The notes beneath the pieces were generated by a model. It made no database searches, was not told where the DNA came from, and was given only the letters and a program-made list of their open reading frames with translations. This document shows, one piece after another, positions 20,436 to 30,697 of a stretch of DNA of 64,000 nucleotides (its first letter is position 1; each line of letters opens with the position of its first letter). The DNA comes from Hellea sp. (GTDB taxonomy: Bacteria; Pseudomonadota; Alphaproteobacteria; Caulobacterales; Maricaulaceae), in contig JBELEM010000004.1 of assembly GCA_042093735.1 (NCBI GenBank), positions 12,407 through 76,406 on the forward strand, in the 5' to 3' direction. The position numbers were made by a program, and so were the translations under genes.

Positions 20436-21500
20436 TCAATTACCTTCCATTGCGGCAAGACGGCTAGCTTGATCCTCGGCAATTAACGGGTTTACAACAT
20501 CATCAAGCTCATCACCTGCTACAATTTTATCTAACTTATAAAGAGTCAAATTGATTCGATGATCAGTCACTCTACCTTGAGGATAATTATATGTTCTTAT
20601 GCGCTCGGATCTGTCACCTGAACCAACCTGACCTTTCCGCTCATTCGCTCTCTCAGCATCAATTCTCTGTTTCTCAATATCATAAAGTTTCATTTTTAAT
20701 AATCGTTCAGCATTTGCCCTATTCATATGCTGAGACTTTGCATCGCAAACAACAACCACTCCAGTTGGCACATGAGTCATTCGTACAGCGGAGTCGGTTT
20801 TGTTAACATGCTGCCCCCCAGCACCAGAAGCTCGCATGGTATCAACCCTTACATCAGTCATCGAAAAACCAATATCTATGTCTTCTGGCTCAGGTAATAC
20901 TGCTACTGTTGCTGCTGATGTATGGATACGGCCCTGTGTTTCTGTTACCGGTACTCTCTGTACTCGATGAACCCCAGACTCAAATTTTAATTTTCCATAA
21001 ACCCCCGTACCAGAAACTGAAGCTATTATTTCCTTATACCCCCCCATATCAGCTGAAGCATCACTTTCTACGTCTACTTTCCAACCTTGTAGTTGGGAAT
21101 AACGCGAATACATACTAAACAAATCACCAACAAAAATAGCAGCTTCGTCTCCACCAGTTCCAGCTCGAATTTCTAAAACAACGGAAGCATTGTCATCTTT
21201 ATCCTTGGGAAGTAAAAGCAAAGAAACTTCTTTTTCAATTTTAGGTAATTTATTTTTAAGTGACAGCATCTCTTCTTTTGCCATTGCGCCCATCTCTGGA
21301 TCGTCCAACATTATCTCTAACTCGTCAATATCATCGCGTATAGACTGTAATTTTCGAACGCCTTCTACAACAGGCTTTAACTCTGCATAGTCCTTGCCTA
21401 GTTGAACAATTTCAGTACTGTCTGTAGCAACACCAAGCCTAGACTCAATTTGCTCGAAACGATCAACAACTTGAACAAGTTTTATGTTTGGAATATTCAT
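20436..21500 (-). CDS. prfA: Peptide chain release factor 1
   Basis: GGQ motif and RF1-specific PVT tripeptide. Confidence 0.98.
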   Translation of the reverse strand: MNIPNIKLVQVVDRFEQIESRLGVATDSTEIVQLGKDYAELKPVVEGVRKLQSIRDDIDELEIMLDDPEMGAMAKEEMLSLKNKLPKIEKEVSLLLLPKDKDDNASVVLEIRAGTGGDEAAIFVGDLFSMYSRYSQLQGWKVDVESDASADMGGYKEIIASVSGTGVYGKLKFESGVHRVQRVPVTETQGRIHTSAATVAVLPEPEDIDIGFSMTDVRVDTMRASGAGGQHVNKTDSAVRMTHVPTGVVVVCDAKSQHMNRANAERLLKMKLYDIEKQRIDAERANERKGQVGSGDRSERIRTYNYPQGRVTDHRINLTLYKLDKIVAGDELDDVVNPLIAEDQASRLAAMEGN

Positions 21501-21517
21501 ATACGCGGGATAGGCTT

Positions 21518-23527
21518 TTAAAATGAAGTCGACAAGCCGAAAAATAAAGTCCTTGGCCGACCAGGGAAATATCGTTCACTACCAAAAGCATAATCGGCAC
21601 GATCAGCATATTTTTTATTAAAAATATTATCCACCCTACCAAATAGGTTTATATTTTCCTCAAGGGCATAATTCACTCTGGTAATAAATATATTATGGCC
21701 TTGATACTTATTTGTATTTCCAGGGTTTGTAAAATAACTCCCGACATGGCGCCACTCTAATTCTACTTCAGCATTTGTAGTCGGCAAAAAGGTTAAACGC
21801 ATATGCGATAAAGTATCCGGTGCTGAGTCGACTCTTGAACCAGAAGTTATATTGTTTTCAGCAGAACCTACAGTTTCATTAAAACTATATGTATGTTTTG
21901 CTAAAGTAGCATCACCAGAAATTGATATCCAATCAGTTAAATAGCCAATGAAACTTAACTCCATACCTTGATGTCTTGTTTTTCCATTAACAACATTAAA
22001 TCCGTTAGAATTTCTGAAGAAAAAATTATCTTTCCACATAGTAAAAGCAGAGAAATCAGTATCAAAACCCCCGATATTTCCTTTAAATCCTAACTCAAGG
22101 CTATCTAATGTCTCAATTTCTGCCTCACCAGCAACCTGGTTTTGCTGTACTGAATATAAATCAGAAACCTGCGGGGCACGAGAACCTCGCGCTGCACGGA
22201 TATAAATCATATTTTCATTATCAAAACCATAACTCAAAGAAGCTTTAGGTGTAATTGTTAAGAAGTTATCAATTCTATCTGCAACACGAATAAAACGCCC
22301 TGATCGGCCTACTGAAGCATTGTTATCATAATTATAAGAAGTAAATTCTGCGCGAGCACCGAGGTCTATTGTTATCTGTTCTGATAATTTACTAGTTTTC
22401 TGAGCATATAAAGCACCCACAAGACTGGTAGTACTGTAATCATAATGCAGCCCTCTAACGAAGGAAAAACGGCTTTCATTTTCTTGGTACTCATACAAAG
22501 AGCCCTTTGTATACTCGAAGTCAGCGCCAATATTAAAATTTTTACTATAATAGGCGCTTTGAAGACCTACAGAAGTGTGTCTATTCTTTTCCAATGCCTG
22601 TCCTGGAACAAAATGACGAAGAAATCGTAAATTTACGTATCTTGCATAAGGCGTAAATGCCAATGAGGTACCGTTATTATAATTTCTTTCAATTCTAAAT
22701 TGAGATCTATAACTAACTCCATCTCTGAATGCCTCAGGATTAGGGTTAGTAAAACGAATGTTATCTTCTAAGTAAGCATCATCACCCGTAATAAAACCAG
22801 CCGTTTCTTGGTTCAAATTATTAAAAGAAGAAAGCCAATTTATGTTCCAACTATTAAAGTTGTTAAAATATTTTAGCTGGATTTTTTGCTGATCAAAACC
22901 TGATTCTTCCCTAAAGCCGTTATCGTGGGAAATTGAAACTGAAACATCAACCGGTAAAGCCGAGGTTGTTGCTGTTATAGATTTATATCCGTCTTCACTA
23001 AGTAAAAAGGTAAGTTTATCATTATTAATACTATTATTTTGAAAATTTATTAATCCATGAACTGCATTCGAACCATATTGAACAGGTCCAGGTCCCTTTA
23101 AAACCTCTATTTGATTTGAAAACTCTGGTGCCGCCTCAAACAATCCATTTACGTTTGAAAAACCGGCAGCCCTTAAAGGCACTCCATCCTCCATGTATAA
23201 AAAACTGCCGGCACCAGAGCCGCCTGTTAAAACTGGGGACCTAATTGATGTGAGGTGTTCCTGGCCACTGCCGCGATGAATATTAACACCTGAAATTCCA
23301 TTTAAAGCCTCAGATAAATGAATTGGAGATATGCTAGTGTATCTGCTAGAGGGTAGAATACTTATTGCAGCTGGTAACGCGTTTACTTTTTTTGATAGGT
23401 CATAAATACCTTCAACAAAAATTTCCTCTTCAGAATTAGGAAACATCTCAATATTATTTGTTTTTTCATAAGCTTGAGCTACGGAAGCAATAGGTATAAA
23501 AAAGAAAAGAAAGGTAAATTTTTTCAT
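21518..23527 (-). CDS. TonB-dependent outer-membrane receptor
   Basis: Signal peptide, plug motif IEVLKGPGPVQYGSNAVHGLIN, C-terminal NIFNKKY...PRT...F. Confidence 0.92.
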   Translation of the reverse strand: MKKFTFLFFFIPIASVAQAYEKTNNIEMFPNSEEEIFVEGIYDLSKKVNALPAAISILPSSRYTSISPIHLSEALNGISGVNIHRGSGQEHLTSIRSPVLTGGSGAGSFLYMEDGVPLRAAGFSNVNGLFEAAPEFSNQIEVLKGPGPVQYGSNAVHGLINFQNNSINNDKLTFLLSEDGYKSITATTSALPVDVSVSISHDNGFREESGFDQQKIQLKYFNNFNSWNINWLSSFNNLNQETAGFITGDDAYLEDNIRFTNPNPEAFRDGVSYRSQFRIERNYNNGTSLAFTPYARYVNLRFLRHFVPGQALEKNRHTSVGLQSAYYSKNFNIGADFEYTKGSLYEYQENESRFSFVRGLHYDYSTTSLVGALYAQKTSKLSEQITIDLGARAEFTSYNYDNNASVGRSGRFIRVADRIDNFLTITPKASLSYGFDNENMIYIRAARGSRAPQVSDLYSVQQNQVAGEAEIETLDSLELGFKGNIGGFDTDFSAFTMWKDNFFFRNSNGFNVVNGKTRHQGMELSFIGYLTDWISISGDATLAKHTYSFNETVGSAENNITSGSRVDSAPDTLSHMRLTFLPTTNAEVELEWRHVGSYFTNPGNTNKYQGHNIFITRVNYALEENINLFGRVDNIFNKKYADRADYAFGSERYFPGRPRTLFFGLSTSF

Positions 23528-23604
23528 ATGAAACGTATGCAGGAAAATTTTTAATTTTCAAATAAAATATTGACGTAATACAGCCAAAACCCCAAAAGTT
23601 TACT

Positions 23605-25539
23605 ATGAGATTAGGTACCTGTTATTATCCTGAGCATTGGCCAGAAAGCATGTGGGACAATGATGCCCGCATCATGACAAAACTTGGTATAACCCAAGTT
23701 CGGATAGGTGAGTTTTCTTGGTCAAGAATTGAACCTTCGCGTAATGAATTTCAGTGGGAATGGCTTGATAAAGCGATAGAGACTCTTTCAAACCATAATT
23801 TAAAAATAATAATGTGCACGCCAACAGCTACCCCTCCAAAATGGTTGATTGATGAAATACCTGAAATACTGGCATTGAATGAAGCCAATCAAACAAGAAA
23901 ATTTGGGTCTAGACGCCATTATTGTTTTTCATCAAAAAATTATCGCAAAGAGAGTCGCCGTATTACTAGTATTCTTTTAAATAGGTACGGGAAAAACCCT
24001 AATATTTTATCATGGCAAACAGACAATGAGTATGGTTGTCATAATACAGTTATAAGTTTTTCGCCCATGGCAGAAAAAGCATTCCAAAAATGGCTTCGAG
24101 TTAAATACATTAATATTGAAAACTTGAATAAATCATGGGGCAATGTGTTTTGGTCTCAAGAGTACAATACATTCGAACAAATTCTACTACCCAATAATGC
24201 CGTGACTGAAGCCAACCCAGCACACAGTTTAGATTTTAGGCGTTTTAGTTCGGATCAAGTAATCAGTTTTAATAATGAACAAGTTAACATAATTCGGGCC
24301 CACTCTGATGCACTTATAACTCACAATTGTATGGGCCATTTCACGTCTTTTGATCACTTTGCGCTTGGAGAGAGCCTCGATATAATGACATGGGATAGCT
24401 ATCCTTTAGGTTTTTTAGATCAAGGCTGGTCAACCGAAAAAGAAAAACTACAATGGATGCGTTCTGGGCATCCAGACTTTGCAGCTTTTCATCATGATTT
24501 ATATAGAAATTGTTCAAAAGGGCAATGGGGAGTTATGGAACAACAGCCAGGAGCAGTAAATTGGGCCCCAAATAATGCAGCCCCAGCAAATGGAATGGTT
24601 AAGTTATGGACGCTTGAAGCAGCTGCACATGGCGCAGAATACTGCTCATATTTTCGTTGGCGTCAAGTTCCCTTTGGCCAAGAACAAAACCATGCAGGGC
24701 TTTTTGATTCACGAAATGAAATTTCTCAGGGAGCACTCGAGGTTGCAGAGGTTAGCGCCATATTAGGGAAATTAAAATCGCTAGAGACTGCCAATAGTGA
24801 AGTTGCCTTAATGTTTGATTACCCTACTAAATGGATGCTTGACATACAACCACAAGGCAAAGAGTGGAATTATGAAAAATTATGTTTTGAATTCTATACA
24901 ACGCTAAGACGTCTTGGACTATCCATTGATATTATAAGTCCAGATCATGATATTTCAAAATACAAACTCGTTGTAGCGCCAAGCTTACCGGTAATTCCAG
25001 CAAATCTACTTCGGAGTGCTAAAATTGCAAACACTAAATTACTCTTTGGTCCCAGGTCAGGCTCAAAAACTTCAGAATATCAAATACCTAATAAATATCC
25101 CTTCAATCAAAATTTTCAATTTATTAAGTCTGAATCCCTTCGTGAGGGCGCCTCTATTAAGATTAATATGAATGATAAAATATATTATTCAAAAAACTGG
25201 AGAGACATAATTGAATACAAAGGCATAAACAACATAAAGTTCTCTGATGGACACCCCGCATATATACATCATATCGATTACGACTATATAGCAACATGGC
25301 CTACGTATGAACTCTTAAAAGATTTACTCTTAAATTTAACAGAAAAAATTGGAATTAAAACCACCTGTCTTGATGAAAATATACGAATAAGGCATACAAA
25401 TGATTTAACATTTGCATTTAATTACGGTGATGAAGTACTGGATATCAGTAAAATGACCCCTGAGAACAGATTTATCTATGGAGGATCCAAAATAGACCCA
25501 CATGGAATATCAATCTGGAAAACCCAAAAAAATAAATAA
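23605..25539 (+). CDS. Beta-galactosidase, glycoside hydrolase family 42
   Basis: Motifs GTCYYPEHW, GEFSWS, TPTATPPKW, DNEYG (acid/base) and MEQQPG (nucleophile); no signal peptide. Confidence 0.93.
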   Translation: MRLGTCYYPEHWPESMWDNDARIMTKLGITQVRIGEFSWSRIEPSRNEFQWEWLDKAIETLSNHNLKIIMCTPTATPPKWLIDEIPEILALNEANQTRKFGSRRHYCFSSKNYRKESRRITSILLNRYGKNPNILSWQTDNEYGCHNTVISFSPMAEKAFQKWLRVKYINIENLNKSWGNVFWSQEYNTFEQILLPNNAVTEANPAHSLDFRRFSSDQVISFNNEQVNIIRAHSDALITHNCMGHFTSFDHFALGESLDIMTWDSYPLGFLDQGWSTEKEKLQWMRSGHPDFAAFHHDLYRNCSKGQWGVMEQQPGAVNWAPNNAAPANGMVKLWTLEAAAHGAEYCSYFRWRQVPFGQEQNHAGLFDSRNEISQGALEVAEVSAILGKLKSLETANSEVALMFDYPTKWMLDIQPQGKEWNYEKLCFEFYTTLRRLGLSIDIISPDHDISKYKLVVAPSLPVIPANLLRSAKIANTKLLFGPRSGSKTSEYQIPNKYPFNQNFQFIKSESLREGASIKINMNDKIYYSKNWRDIIEYKGINNIKFSDGHPAYIHHIDYDYIATWPTYELLKDLLLNLTEKIGIKTTCLDENIRIRHTNDLTFAFNYGDEVLDISKMTPENRFIYGGSKIDPHGISIWKTQKNK

Positions 25540-25586
25540 TTTAACAGAACCTTGCATAAAAGCAAAAGTGTATACAAGATTAAAAA

Positions 25587-26138
25587 ATGAAAATTAAAAA
25601 ATTTAATATTCTTGGGCCTTTACTATTCCAGCCAACAAAACATGTTGATAAACGTGGATTTTTTGCTGAAACATTCAAACAAAATACTTTTGAAGAGATA
25701 ACAGGCTCTAAGCTTTTATTTGTTCAAGATAATATTTCCATATCATTAAATAAAGGAACATTGAGAGGCTTACATTTCCAAATGCCAGAGCATGCCCAAG
25801 GAAAACTTGTAAGCTGCCAGAAGGGTTCTATATTGGACGTTATAGTCGATATTAGGAAAAGTTCTGATACGTACGGTAAATATATCTCCATAGAGTTAAA
25901 TGAAAACTGTTATGATCAATTATGGGTGCCACCTGGTTTTCTTCATGGCTACATAACTACACAAGACAATTGTGAAGTAGCTTACAAAGTCACAAATTAT
26001 TACTGCCCTAAATCAGAAACCACGATAATCTGGAACGATAAATTATTAAATATTAATTGGGGTATAGATAAACCAATAGTCTCAGAAAAAGATAAAAATG
26101 GTAAAAAATTCAATTCTTTTGAGAGCCCTTTTCTATGA
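25587..26138 (+). CDS. rfbC: dTDP-4-dehydrorhamnose 3,5-epimerase
   Basis: Motifs DKRGFFAE, QDN, LRGLHFQ and PPGFLHG. Confidence 0.95.
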   Translation: MKIKKFNILGPLLFQPTKHVDKRGFFAETFKQNTFEEITGSKLLFVQDNISISLNKGTLRGLHFQMPEHAQGKLVSCQKGSILDVIVDIRKSSDTYGKYISIELNENCYDQLWVPPGFLHGYITTQDNCEVAYKVTNYYCPKSETTIIWNDKLLNINWGIDKPIVSEKDKNGKKFNSFESPFL

Positions 26139-27151
26139 CACTACTAATAACAGGCGGATGCGGATTTATCGGCTCCGAAGTCGTAAGACAAGCAGTTAAT
26201 CAAGGAAGAAGCGTTCTGAATATTGATTCATTAACGTACGCTGCAAATCAAAATAATTTAAATTCAATAAATCACTTAGACAACTATGAATTTAAACACA
26301 TAGACATATGTGACCGACTTAACCTTGAAAAAGTTTTCTCCCAGCATCAACCCTCTGCAGTGATTCATTGTGCGGCAGAGTCACATGTAGACAGATCAAT
26401 CAATGGTCCCGGAAAATTTATTAATACTAATGTGATAGGCACTTTTAATTTGTTAGAGATCGCAAAGAAATATAGATGTAAATTTTTACATATATCGACT
26501 GATGAGGTTTACGGAGATTTAAAAGAAAAAGATCCAGCATTTACAGAAGAAAGCTTAATCGCACCAAGCTCTCCGTACTCAGCCAGCAAGGCCGCAAGCG
26601 ACCATCTTGTCCGGGCATGGGGGAAAACATATAATTTACCATTTTTGATAACCAACTGTTCTAACAATTATGGCCCTTACCAGTTCCCAGAAAAATTAAT
26701 TCCAGTAGTTATATTAGCCTGCATGCAGGAACGTAAAATCCCAATTTATGGTAAAGGTGATAATATTCGCGATTGGCTTTTTGTTAGTGATCACGTCAAA
26801 GCCATATTGGAAGTATTAGATAAAGGAGTAGTCGGAGATACTTACAACATAGGTGGCGGTAACGAGCTTAAAAATATTGAAATTGTAAATATGATTTGTG
26901 AAATAATGGATGAAAATTATCCTAGATCTAATGGTAATTATTCAGATTTAATTAGCTTTGTAGCCGATAGGAAAGGTCATGACAGACGTTATGCAATAAA
27001 TGCTTCGAAAATAAGAAATAAACTCGGGTGGAAACCTACTGTATCGATAAAACAAGGTCTCAAAATAACTGTAGACTGGTATGTTAAAAACAAAGAATGG
27101 TGGATACCAATTCAAATAGGTAATGACAGTTCTAAAAAGAAAATAAATTAA
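26135..27151 (+). CDS. rfbB: dTDP-glucose 4,6-dehydratase
   Basis: Motifs GGCGFIG, AAESHVDRSI, STDEVYG and YSASK. Confidence 0.96.
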   Translation: MTLLITGGCGFIGSEVVRQAVNQGRSVLNIDSLTYAANQNNLNSINHLDNYEFKHIDICDRLNLEKVFSQHQPSAVIHCAAESHVDRSINGPGKFINTNVIGTFNLLEIAKKYRCKFLHISTDEVYGDLKEKDPAFTEESLIAPSSPYSASKAASDHLVRAWGKTYNLPFLITNCSNNYGPYQFPEKLIPVVILACMQERKIPIYGKGDNIRDWLFVSDHVKAILEVLDKGVVGDTYNIGGGNELKNIEIVNMICEIMDENYPRSNGNYSDLISFVADRKGHDRRYAINASKIRNKLGWKPTVSIKQGLKITVDWYVKNKEWWIPIQIGNDSSKKKIN

Positions 27152-28005
27152 TGACTGTTCTAATATTTGGTAGAAATGGACAATTAGCAAAAGCCCTTCA
27201 AAGATCTCTTGTTGCACAAAAGCTTAATTTCCAGTGCTATGGTAAAGAGCAATTAGATTTACTAAATCACAAAGGACATTTAAGTCGCGTAATTAACAAA
27301 ACTAAACCAAGTATTGTAATAAATGCCTCTGCATATACCAATGTCATTGGGGCAGAAAAAAACAAAAACTCAGCTTTTTTATTGAATGCAGAAGCTCCAA
27401 AATTTATGGCTAAAGTTTGCAAAATAAAAGATATTCCATTCATTCATTTCTCCACAGATTATGTATTCGATGGATTAAAACGAACTGCCTACATACCTGA
27501 TGATAAATGTAATCCTTTGAATAAATATGGTTTAAGTAAAAGAGAGGGAGAAAAAGCAATAATGGCTGTTGGTGGTAAATGCCTTATACTTAGGACGAGC
27601 TGGGTGTACGATGGTACTAGTAAAAATTTCCTTACTAATATTTTAAAACAATCAAAAATCAAAGAAAGCCTAAATATTGTTTCAACACAGGTAGGACGAC
27701 CCACCTATGCAGGGCATTTAGCAGAAGCCTGCTTATCGACATTCAAAAAACTTCCAAACTCTCCAAAAATATACCATATTACAAATGGCGGAAAGGAGAC
27801 TAATTGGGCTGATTTTGCTCAGAAAATACTCATAAATACTGGAGCCAGAAATCATATTAATCGAGTAAATGATCAGTTTTTTGACACTATTAAACGTCCT
27901 AAAAATTCAATGCTAAATATAAAGGACTTCGAAAAAGACTTCCAGCATATTATGGAACCTTGGCAAGCTGGTGTCGATTTAGCCTTTCTTGAAATGAATA
28001 AATAA
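27151..28005 (+). CDS. rfbD: dTDP-4-dehydrorhamnose reductase
   Basis: Motifs GRNGQL, STDYVFDG and YGLSK. Confidence 0.93.
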   Translation: MTVLIFGRNGQLAKALQRSLVAQKLNFQCYGKEQLDLLNHKGHLSRVINKTKPSIVINASAYTNVIGAEKNKNSAFLLNAEAPKFMAKVCKIKDIPFIHFSTDYVFDGLKRTAYIPDDKCNPLNKYGLSKREGEKAIMAVGGKCLILRTSWVYDGTSKNFLTNILKQSKIKESLNIVSTQVGRPTYAGHLAEACLSTFKKLPNSPKIYHITNGGKETNWADFAQKILINTGARNHINRVNDQFFDTIKRPKNSMLNIKDFEKDFQHIMEPWQAGVDLAFLEMNK

Positions 28006-28019
28006 GCTATCTTTCGTAT

Positions 28020-28961
28020 ATGAAAGAATATCCCGCTATAAAAGTAAATAATCTCCAAAAAACTTATTCTAAAAGTAAAAAGTCACCTCCAAAAATTGCA
28101 TTAAAAGGGATAAATCTATCTATTCCTAAAGGATCAATTTTTGGATTACTCGGGCCTAATGGGGCAGGTAAATCGACTTTAATAAATATCCTGGCAGGTT
28201 TAGTTAATAAAACAGACGGAATTGCTGAAATTTGTGGTTATAATATTGAAAGTCAGACTCGCCAGGCTCGGGCTTCAATAGGTATAGTACCTCAAGAGAT
28301 AGCCATGGATGTTTACTTTACGCCATTGCAAGCCCTAGAGCTTCAGGCAGGTTATTATGGCGTCCCTAAGAAAGAAAGGCGTAGTGAAGAAATCTTATCG
28401 GCGCTGGGGCTACTAGATAAAAAAAATGCTTATGTTCGACAATTATCAGGCGGTATGAAACGTAGGCTATTAATTGCAAAAGCACTTGTGCATAATCCGC
28501 CCGTTTTAATATTAGATGAGCCAACTGCGGGAGTAGATATAGAGTTGCGACGACAATTATGGGCTTATGTTAAAGAATTACATAAAAGTGGAACAACAAT
28601 TATTCTTACAACTCATTATTTAGAAGAAGCAGAAGCCCTTTGTGATAGAATAGCAATTATGCATCACGGTGAAATTGTAGCGAATGAAAGTAAGTCTAGT
28701 CTAATGTCTCGTCTTGATAAGCGAACTTTACTAATAAACCCTTCCAGTCCAATAATACAAATACCATTAAAACTTAAAGAATTCGATATTTCAATCAAGA
28801 AAGATGGGGCTATAGCAATAAACTATGAAAGCAGAATAAATTCAATTTCTTCAATTCTAGAAAAGGTTAAAGAAGCCGGTATTTTAATTACTGATTTAAA
28901 AACAGAACAACCTGATTTAGAAGATGTATTTCTTTCATTAACTTATTCTTCTAATAACTAG
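28020..28961 (+). CDS. ABC transporter ATP-binding protein (ABC-2/YadG-like)
   Basis: Motifs GPNGAGKS, LSGGM, LDEP and TTHY; no permease gene adjacent. Confidence 0.92.
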   Translation: MKEYPAIKVNNLQKTYSKSKKSPPKIALKGINLSIPKGSIFGLLGPNGAGKSTLINILAGLVNKTDGIAEICGYNIESQTRQARASIGIVPQEIAMDVYFTPLQALELQAGYYGVPKKERRSEEILSALGLLDKKNAYVRQLSGGMKRRLLIAKALVHNPPVLILDEPTAGVDIELRRQLWAYVKELHKSGTTIILTTHYLEEAEALCDRIAIMHHGEIVANESKSSLMSRLDKRTLLINPSSPIIQIPLKLKEFDISIKKDGAIAINYESRINSISSILEKVKEAGILITDLKTEQPDLEDVFLSLTYSSNN

Positions 28962-28966
28962 AACTA

Positions 28967-30547
28967 CTAAATACCCACCATAAAGCCTCGAAGCATATAA
29001 AATAAAGCCGCTGCGAAAACACCTGAAACAGGTACGGTGACAACCCAAGCAACAATAATTTTTATTAACAGTGATCTCTGTACAAGCTGCTCTGTATATG
29101 CCCTTTTTAATTTTTTTCTTCGTCCGCGCTTTCCATTAGCGGTTTTAAGTTCATTTAAGATTCTTTGTTTTTCACTTACAGAAGCTTTATCAAATTCTTC
29201 TACGAAAGCATCGGCCATTTCAGGGTTTTTACCTTTTTTCTCAATCATATACTCGCGAACAAGTTCTAATCTTTGTTTATAACGGTACTTTAATGCTTCT
29301 CTCAAAAACCCTACACCAAATATTGCACCCACAGCTATATGTGTTGAACTCACTGGTAATCCGAAATGTGTGGCAATAATAACAGTGATAGCAGCAGCTA
29401 AAGATACACAAAAAGCTCTCATCATATCTAATTCAGTTATCTCTGAGCCAACAGTTCTCACTAACTTAGGGCCATACAATGCTAATCCAACAGCAATACC
29501 TAATGCTCCTACACCCATAACCCAAAGTGGGATTGCAGCTTTTGTAGCTATTTCTGCGGAACGAACTGCCTCATTAATTGCTGCCAATGGACCAATTGCA
29601 TTGGCTACATCATTGGCACCATGAGCAAAACTAAGAAAACACGCTCCTACAATTAGTGGAATGACAAATAATTTATCAATGCTTTTACTGTTATTTTCTA
29701 ACCTCAATGAAGCCTTAGCAATTAATGGCCGTGTAATTATGACAGTTATAACTGCAACTAAAAAGCCTAAAGATAGAGCTATTGGCATATCTACTTTAAT
29801 AAGTTTTTTTATTCCTTTTAGGATTATATAGGTAGTAAATGACCAAGCCATAATTCCTAAAAGGAATGGAATTCGCGTTTTACCTGCTGAAATCATATCG
29901 TCTTTATATATTATAGTCTTTTTTATAATGTACAGAAAGCTAGCTGCAATTAGCCCCCCTAAAGCAGGGGATATAATCCAACTAGCCACAATTTGCTGAA
30001 CCTTTACCCAATCCGCAATTGCCCATCCTCCTGCCGCTATTCCTGCACCTAAAACACCTCCTACTATTGAATGTGTTGTTGATACTGGAGCACCAGAGGC
30101 TGTTGCAATGTTCAACCAAACAGCAGCTGCTAGTAATGCAGCCAACATAGCCCATACAAAAGTTTGGGCATCTGGGATCAAGGAGGGATCGATTATACCT
30201 TTCTTGATTGTTTTTACCACATCTCCGCCAGCAATTAGAGCACCTGAGCTTTCAAATATGAACGCGAGAAATATAGCAGTTGATAATGTTAGCGCACCTG
30301 AACCAACTGCAGGCCCTATATTGTTAGCAACATCATTTGCACCTATATTGAGTGCCATGTAAGCACCTACAACAGCAGAAATAATTAAGAATACCCTGCC
30401 GGATGAATTAGGAATATTAGCTATACCTGAACCAGTTACAAAAATGTATACCCCAACCAAAAAACCCAGTGCTAATAGAAATTTAATAATTTCATTTTTT
30501 GAAAGCAACTGTGGAGATAAAGGTGTTTCATTTTTTGGTGTAAGCAT
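28967..30547 (-). CDS. pit: Inorganic phosphate transporter, PiT family
   Basis: Two GANDVAN signatures, plus PVSTTH and PVSSTH. Confidence 0.93.
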   Translation of the reverse strand: MLTPKNETPLSPQLLSKNEIIKFLLALGFLVGVYIFVTGSGIANIPNSSGRVFLIISAVVGAYMALNIGANDVANNIGPAVGSGALTLSTAIFLAFIFESSGALIAGGDVVKTIKKGIIDPSLIPDAQTFVWAMLAALLAAAVWLNIATASGAPVSTTHSIVGGVLGAGIAAGGWAIADWVKVQQIVASWIISPALGGLIAASFLYIIKKTIIYKDDMISAGKTRIPFLLGIMAWSFTTYIILKGIKKLIKVDMPIALSLGFLVAVITVIITRPLIAKASLRLENNSKSIDKLFVIPLIVGACFLSFAHGANDVANAIGPLAAINEAVRSAEIATKAAIPLWVMGVGALGIAVGLALYGPKLVRTVGSEITELDMMRAFCVSLAAAITVIIATHFGLPVSSTHIAVGAIFGVGFLREALKYRYKQRLELVREYMIEKKGKNPEMADAFVEEFDKASVSEKQRILNELKTANGKRGRRKKLKRAYTEQLVQRSLLIKIIVAWVVTVPVSGVFAAALFYMLRGFMVGI

Positions 30548-30697
30548 TTTATTTTCCCCATGAATAGAACACCAGCCATTACATAAACTTCAAATATAAA
30601 ACTAAATCACTGTAGTTGATTTTGTGCCTTGCATCTGTCATCGCATTGAATGATATTTTTACTATCTCTATCATCATAAATCGAACCCGAGTCAATA

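Noticed and set aside
30635-30641. CTGTCAT Pho half-site upstream of pit
   Set aside because: There is no second repeat at 11-bp spacing, so it is insufficient for a Pho box.
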